Shown here: positions 30,069 to 32,000 of the stretch, in pieces | How the letters are laid out: every line of letters starts with the position of its first letter | Position numbering within the stretch: position 1 is the stretch's first letter | From: Schaalia odontolytica | GTDB lineage: Bacteria; Actinomycetota; Actinomycetes; Actinomycetales; Actinomycetaceae | Assembly (NCBI RefSeq): GCF_005696695.1 | Contig: NZ_CP040006.1 | Coordinates: forward strand, 2,250,001-2,282,000 | Length of the DNA stretch: 32,000 nucleotides | Reading direction: 5' to 3' | The notes under the pieces: generated by a model | The model's database searches: none | What the model was told of the DNA's origin: nothing | The model's input: only the letters and a program-made list of their open reading frames with translations | Position numbers and translations under genes: made by a program

Positions 30069-32000
30069 TCAGTGCACCCAGACTCCGTTCGCGTCGAACA
30101 CGTAGGTGCGTCCGTTGATCACGTGAGTGCCGGTGAACATTGCCCCATCGGGTCCCAGGTAGTACCAGGTACCGTCGAGGTTCAACCATCCGGTGTGCAT
30201 CGCGCCCGAATCCTTCAGGTAGTACCAGGAGCCGCCATCGCGCACCCATCCGGTGGCCATCGCGCCACTACCGGTGAGGTAGTACCAGGAGCCACCGTCG
30301 GCGACCCACCCGGTCTTCATGACCTTCGTGGCCGGATCCAGGTAGTACCAGTAAGCACCGCCGAAGCTCTCGTCGAACACCCAGCCGCCAACCAGGGCGC
30401 CCTCGGAATTTGCGTACACCCACGCACCGTCATCGCGCCGGAGCCAGCCGGTCATCATGTACCCGTCGGAGTCGAAACGGTAGTCCCTGCCGCCAATCGT
30501 GAACCAGCCGTTCTTGAGGTACTCCTTCCCATTCGCGCACTGGTACCACCAGCCAAACAAGTCCTTCGCCCAGTGGCCGCCGTCAGCCGTGATGCACACG
30601 CCCGGGTTATCCGACGGCAGGTCAAGGGTCGCGGCCTTGGAGTGGTTGAGGCCGTAATCCCATGCGAGCACGTAGGGGTGGGCGATGACCTCGCCGGAGC
30701 CACCCTGATCGGCCCACCCCTGCGAGATGGCCGACATGGGAACCTCGACGTGGTACGTGTAGGTTCCGTCAGCCCCGACCGTTCCTTCGTTGTCCGCGAA
30801 CACGTGGCGGTAGAACCACAGGCCGTCGGCCGGGTCATGCAGGTCGAACGCGGCCAGCGGGGACGCGTCGGTGACGTCAAAGGACACGACCGTGTCAGGA
30901 CCCTCCCCGCTGTACGTCACTGCGGAGACGACGGGGGCGGTGGTGTCGAGGCGGAACTCGTATGAGATTGACTGCTCGGTCTGCGAGGGGCCGTCGTTGT
31001 GCGCGGACAGCGTCAGCTTGTACACACCGTCGGGAAGATTCTTGTACTCGTCGGCGCTCGAATCAAGAGCCAGCGGCTCATGTCCCCGCTCGACCCACGT
31101 CATCCTTCCGGACGAATCCAGCGCGGACTTCCAGTTCTGGTAGCGCATGAAGGACGCGATCGTCTCTCCTGCGGCGTTCGTGTACGCGGCGTTGATCGTG
31201 TGGACGCTGCGCAGCGTGCCCGTGCGCGGCTCCAGGACCGTGGGAGCACCCGAGGCGTCCGAGCGAGAGATGACGTTCTTGCTCGAGGTGGGCAGACCGA
31301 TACGATCAGCATCCTTGACCAGGGGGTTGTATCCCAGCTGCTGGCCCGTGTTGCCGTTGTAGACCCAGGAAGCGAGCGTGTGGGCGCCGTCCTCGGAGGC
31401 TAGGGCGTCGAAGATGGGCGCCTTGCCCCAGTTGCCGTAGAAGCCCAGGTAGGGCACGGTCAGGTTGGGCTGGGACGCGGTCTTCGAGGTGAAGCGCACG
31501 AAGCCGTCGAGGAAGGTGCCGTTGGGCGTGTTCTGCGCGACGGAGGCATCGAAGTCGGCGCCGGGCTTGACGTCCACACCCACGGTCGCCTCGCCGTTCG
31601 CGGGAACGGTGATGATCGCGCCCTCATCGGTGCCGCTCACGGCCGCACCGGAGTAGGCGATATCCACGCCCTTGCCTCGCCAATCGGCGGACTTGCCGGT
31701 GAAGAACCCGCCCTCAACGATCTCCGACAGCGCCTGGGAGCTCAGCTCGTAGGAGGCCTCGGTGCCGGACAGGTTGTGCAGTGTGACGTCAAAGTGCCAG
31801 CCCGTTGTGCCGTCCCCCAGGTCCGCCTTGGGGCGAGACTGCTCGGGGGCGCCGACCACGGTCGGGTACACGGACGAGGTCGTGGCCGCCAGGACGTTCG
31901 TCAGTCCAGAGCCCTGCTTGCGTGGGGAGTACGGGGCGCCAGTGTCCTGGAGGGGGTCGACGACGGGAGACGCCGTGCCCATGATGAGGTTCTGGACGAC
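30069..32000 (-). CDS. C-terminal part of a large secreted S8 subtilase (lactocepin / C5a-peptidase-like) with Fn3-like region and cell-wall-binding repeats; 5' end lies outside the window
   Basis: The frame stays open to position 32000 (VVQNLIMGTASPVV...). YSPRKQGSGLTNVLAA resembles the post-catalytic SPRxQGAG string of cell-envelope subtilases. The C-terminus carries repeats of the GWVxDGGSWYYLxxSGAMxTGW type. Confidence 0.75.
   Translation of the reverse strand, partial: VVQNLIMGTASPVVDPLQDTGAPYSPRKQGSGLTNVLAATTSSVYPTVVGAPEQSRPKADLGDGTTGWHFDVTLHNLSGTEASYELSSQALSEIVEGGFFTGKSADWRGKGVDIAYSGAAVSGTDEGAIITVPANGEATVGVDVKPGADFDASVAQNTPNGTFLDGFVRFTSKTASQPNLTVPYLGFYGNWGKAPIFDALASEDGAHTLASWVYNGNTGQQLGYNPLVKDADRIGLPTSSKNVISRSDASGAPTVLEPRTGTLRSVHTINAAYTNAAGETIASFMRYQNWKSALDSSGRMTWVERGHEPLALDSSADEYKNLPDGVYKLTLSAHNDGPSQTEQSISYEFRLDTTAPVVSAVTYSGEGPDTVVSFDVTDASPLAAFDLHDPADGLWFYRHVFADNEGTVGADGTYTYHVEVPMSAISQGWADQGGSGEVIAHPYVLAWDYGLNHSKAATLDLPSDNPGVCITADGGHWAKDLFGWWYQCANGKEYLKNGWFTIGGRDYRFDSDGYMMTGWLRRDDGAWVYANSEGALVGGWVFDESFGGAYWYYLDPATKVMKTGWVADGGSWYYLTGSGAMATGWVRDGGSWYYLKDSGAMHTGWLNLDGTWYYLGPDGAMFTGTHVINGRTYVFDANGVWVH
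30072..30510 (-). repeat. Tandem ~20-aa cell-wall-binding (choline-binding-type) repeats, coding
   Basis: Seven or so units, for example GWVADGGSWYYLTGSGAMATGWVRDGGSWYYLKDSGAMHTGWLNLDGTWYYLGPDGAMFTG. They are visible at the nucleotide level as recurring ggtagtaccaggagcc tracts. Confidence 0.8.

Overview
High-GC actinobacterial chromosomal segment. Spot counts on single 60-nt lines give about 68-70% GC in most genes. Gene content and the C-terminal cell-wall-binding repeats suggest an Actinomyces/Schaalia-like host, but that is a guess. Recognisable backbone genes: a csoR-copZ-copA copper operon; a GT2 plus DUF2079 envelope pair; a conserved actinobacterial hypothetical; an FGGY sugar kinase; a TetR regulator divergent from an alpha/beta hydrolase; a HAD(Cof)-serS operon; a DAG-kinase-family lipid kinase; a dedA / large polytopic membrane protein / pheA operon; an MprF-like flippase-domain protein; and the 3' part of a large subtilase with cell-wall-binding repeats, followed by a standalone I9 propeptide-like lipoprotein. 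No rRNA, tRNA, CRISPR array, transposase or integrase was recognised. Many long ORFs in the supplied track are GC-driven antisense or out-of-frame artefacts, and several real genes start downstream of the longest-ORF start. Items most worth a second look: (1) at the left edge, a lower-GC, translationally coupled three-gene module: a WXG100-like small protein with a YxxxE motif, a 561-aa protein with a long helical N-terminus fused to a DUF1023-type hydrolase, and a lipoprotein missing from the ORF track. It looks like a type VII-style secreted hydrolase with partner and candidate immunity protein. (2) A three-gene cassette (lipoprotein, Gly/Ala-rich acidic small protein, mycosin-like S8 protease with a degenerate Asp box) bracketed by two direct copies of a 57-nt hairpin-containing repeat. 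(3) A copA whose only HMA metal-binding domain is inserted inside the cytoplasmic ATP-binding region rather than at the N-terminus. (4) A 640-bp lower-GC noncoding region between convergent genes, with two ~95-nt direct repeats showing compensatory stem changes and a set of mutually exclusive hairpins. (5) A degenerate kinase-like domain embedded in the MprF-like membrane protein. All functional assignments rest on reading motifs by eye; no database search was run.
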